Origin: Chthonomonadales bacterium
GTDB taxonomy: Bacteria; Armatimonadota; Chthonomonadetes; Chthonomonadales; CAJBBX01
DNA length: 64,000 nt
Direction: 5' to 3'
NCBI GenBank assembly: GCA_049967475.1
Contig: JBMFSQ010000002.1
Coordinates: 160,001 to 224,000, forward strand
Under the pieces are notes generated by a model. That model was given only the letters and a program-made list of their open reading frames with translations. It made no database searches and was not told where the DNA came from. Position numbers and translations under genes: made by a program. Shown here piece after piece: positions 62,738 to 64,000 of the stretch; position 1 is the stretch's first letter, and every line of letters starts with the position of its first letter.

Positions 62738-64000
62738 TCACGCACTCCGCCCCCGCGTCGCCCACCGCCGAACTTCCACATAGAGAAGGGGCCCCAACAC
62801 CAAAGTGAAAAGGGTGGAAAAGGTGAGGCCTCCAATAACCGCAATGGCGAGGGGCTTCTGCATCTCCGCTCCGGCTCCGAGCCCTAAAGCCAAGGGGACG
62901 AGCCCGAGGATTGCCGTCAGCGTCGTCATCAGGATAGGGCGCAAGCGTACGCGGCCGGCCATCAAGACGGCATCCTCGACGCGGGCCCCCTCGTCCTCAG
63001 CATGCCGAGCCCGGTCAAGAAGGAGGATGCCGTTCTTCACGACGATGCCCACCAGCATGATGGCGCCCATGAAGGACGACACGTTGAGGGGCGTGCCGGT
63101 AATCCAAAGGCCGAAGACCACTCCAAACAAGGAAAGGGGCATCATCAAGAGGGTCACCAAAGGCTGCACGAAGCGGCCAAAGTGGAATACCATCACCGTG
63201 AACACCAAAAGCACGGCGAGCCCAAGCACTTCCAGGAGGTTCCGGAAGGATTCATTCTGGCTCTTGTAATCGCCCCCGATTTCAAAGCTCACGCCGGCCG
63301 GCAGAGGAAAGCCCTGCATCATTTTCCGTACGTCCCTCATGATGCTTCCCAAATCGCGCCCCGAGATGCGTGCGGACACGGTAACAACGCGGCGCTGATC
63401 CTCGCGATTGAGCTCGGTTGCGCCGGCCACCGTCTCGAACGTTCCCAAAGATGCGAGGGGAACCGCGGAACCTCCAGGCGTCCGAACGAGAGCCTGCTCG
63501 ATCTCGCCCTGGCGCCTTCGGAACGCGGCCGGGAAACGAACCCGCACCGGCAGAGTGCGCTCGCCGATCAGCAGCCGAGTAGCGACATCTCCTAGAAGCG
63601 CGGCATGGGCTTGGTCCGCAACGTCCGCCGGGGTTAGGCCCAGGCGGCCTGCGCGCACCGGGTCTATGTGGAACACAAGCTCAGGTCCTGCCTCGATAAC
63701 GCCGGACTTCACGTCTACCACGCCGTGGACCTTTGCAACTTTATCCGCCAAGCTCCGCGCCAGATCGGCGAGCTGCTGCTGGTTCTCGCCAAAGAGTTTG
63801 AGTTCGATGGGGGCCACACTCCCCGACAGATCGCCGATGAGATCCTGCAAAACCTGAATGAAATCCACATCAAGCCCGGGCACTTGGGCGGTGATGCGGC
63901 TTCGCACATCATCCATGATCTGTTCGATGTTGCGCCGGCGGTTCGGCTTAAGCTCCACCGCGATATCGCCTCGGTTCGGCTCGGTAATGGCGAAGCCTAA
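62738..64000 (-). CDS. RND efflux transporter permease (AcrB/CusA family), 5' part outside the window
   Basis: Open from 64000 (LGFAITEPNRGDIAVELK); GIVVKNGILL, RLRPILMTTL, PLAIAVIGGL. Confidence 0.93.
   Translation of the reverse strand, partial: LGFAITEPNRGDIAVELKPNRRRNIEQIMDDVRSRITAQVPGLDVDFIQVLQDLIGDLSGSVAPIELKLFGENQQQLADLARSLADKVAKVHGVVDVKSGVIEAGPELVFHIDPVRAGRLGLTPADVADQAHAALLGDVATRLLIGERTLPVRVRFPAAFRRRQGEIEQALVRTPGGSAVPLASLGTFETVAGATELNREDQRRVVTVSARISGRDLGSIMRDVRKMMQGFPLPAGVSFEIGGDYKSQNESFRNLLEVLGLAVLLVFTVMVFHFGRFVQPLVTLLMMPLSLFGVVFGLWITGTPLNVSSFMGAIMLVGIVVKNGILLLDRARHAEDEGARVEDAVLMAGRVRLRPILMTTLTAILGLVPLALGLGAGAEMQKPLAIAVIGGLTFSTLFTLVLGPLLYVEVRRWATRGRSA

Overview
Gene-dense, GC-rich (~60-65% by eye) bacterial chromosomal window with about 49 CDS. 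I found no rRNA, tRNA, CRISPR array, transposase or phage genes. A DUF1559-type prepilin beginning [28 protein letters not shown], a single-permease Lpt operon with DUF3084 and a FlgD-Ig-tailed secreted protein suggest a diderm Terrabacterium, most likely Armatimonadota (inference). Content in order: partial GH5 glycosidase (missing from the ORF track); tauE-sat; selB; ogg-cysS-frameshifted ECF sigma-divergent prs; gmd-fcl-beta-helix glycosidase-SDR; heterodimeric ABC exporter behind a probable attenuator leader; ruvB; hybrid kinase; glycogen debranching enzyme; rlmN-lptC/A/B/FG-DUF3084-yqgF-like operon; LacI/prepilin/glycosidase carbohydrate locus; LOG, peroxiredoxin, murJ, alternative sigma-70; deacetylase/oxidoreductase pair; nifJ-DHOD-like-ferredoxin operon; ECF sigma divergent from a large secreted pseudo-peptidase and a lipoprotein; folP; Crp regulator divergent from a cyclase-STAND-TPR protein; partial RND permease. 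Best candidates for poorly described systems: (1) the Crp / cyclase-STAND-TPR / membrane protein module, (2) the LacI-controlled pilin-like carbohydrate locus, (3) the leader-peptide attenuator upstream of the ABC exporter, (4) DUF3084 as a possible Lpt partner. All product calls come from motif recognition by eye; no database searches were run.
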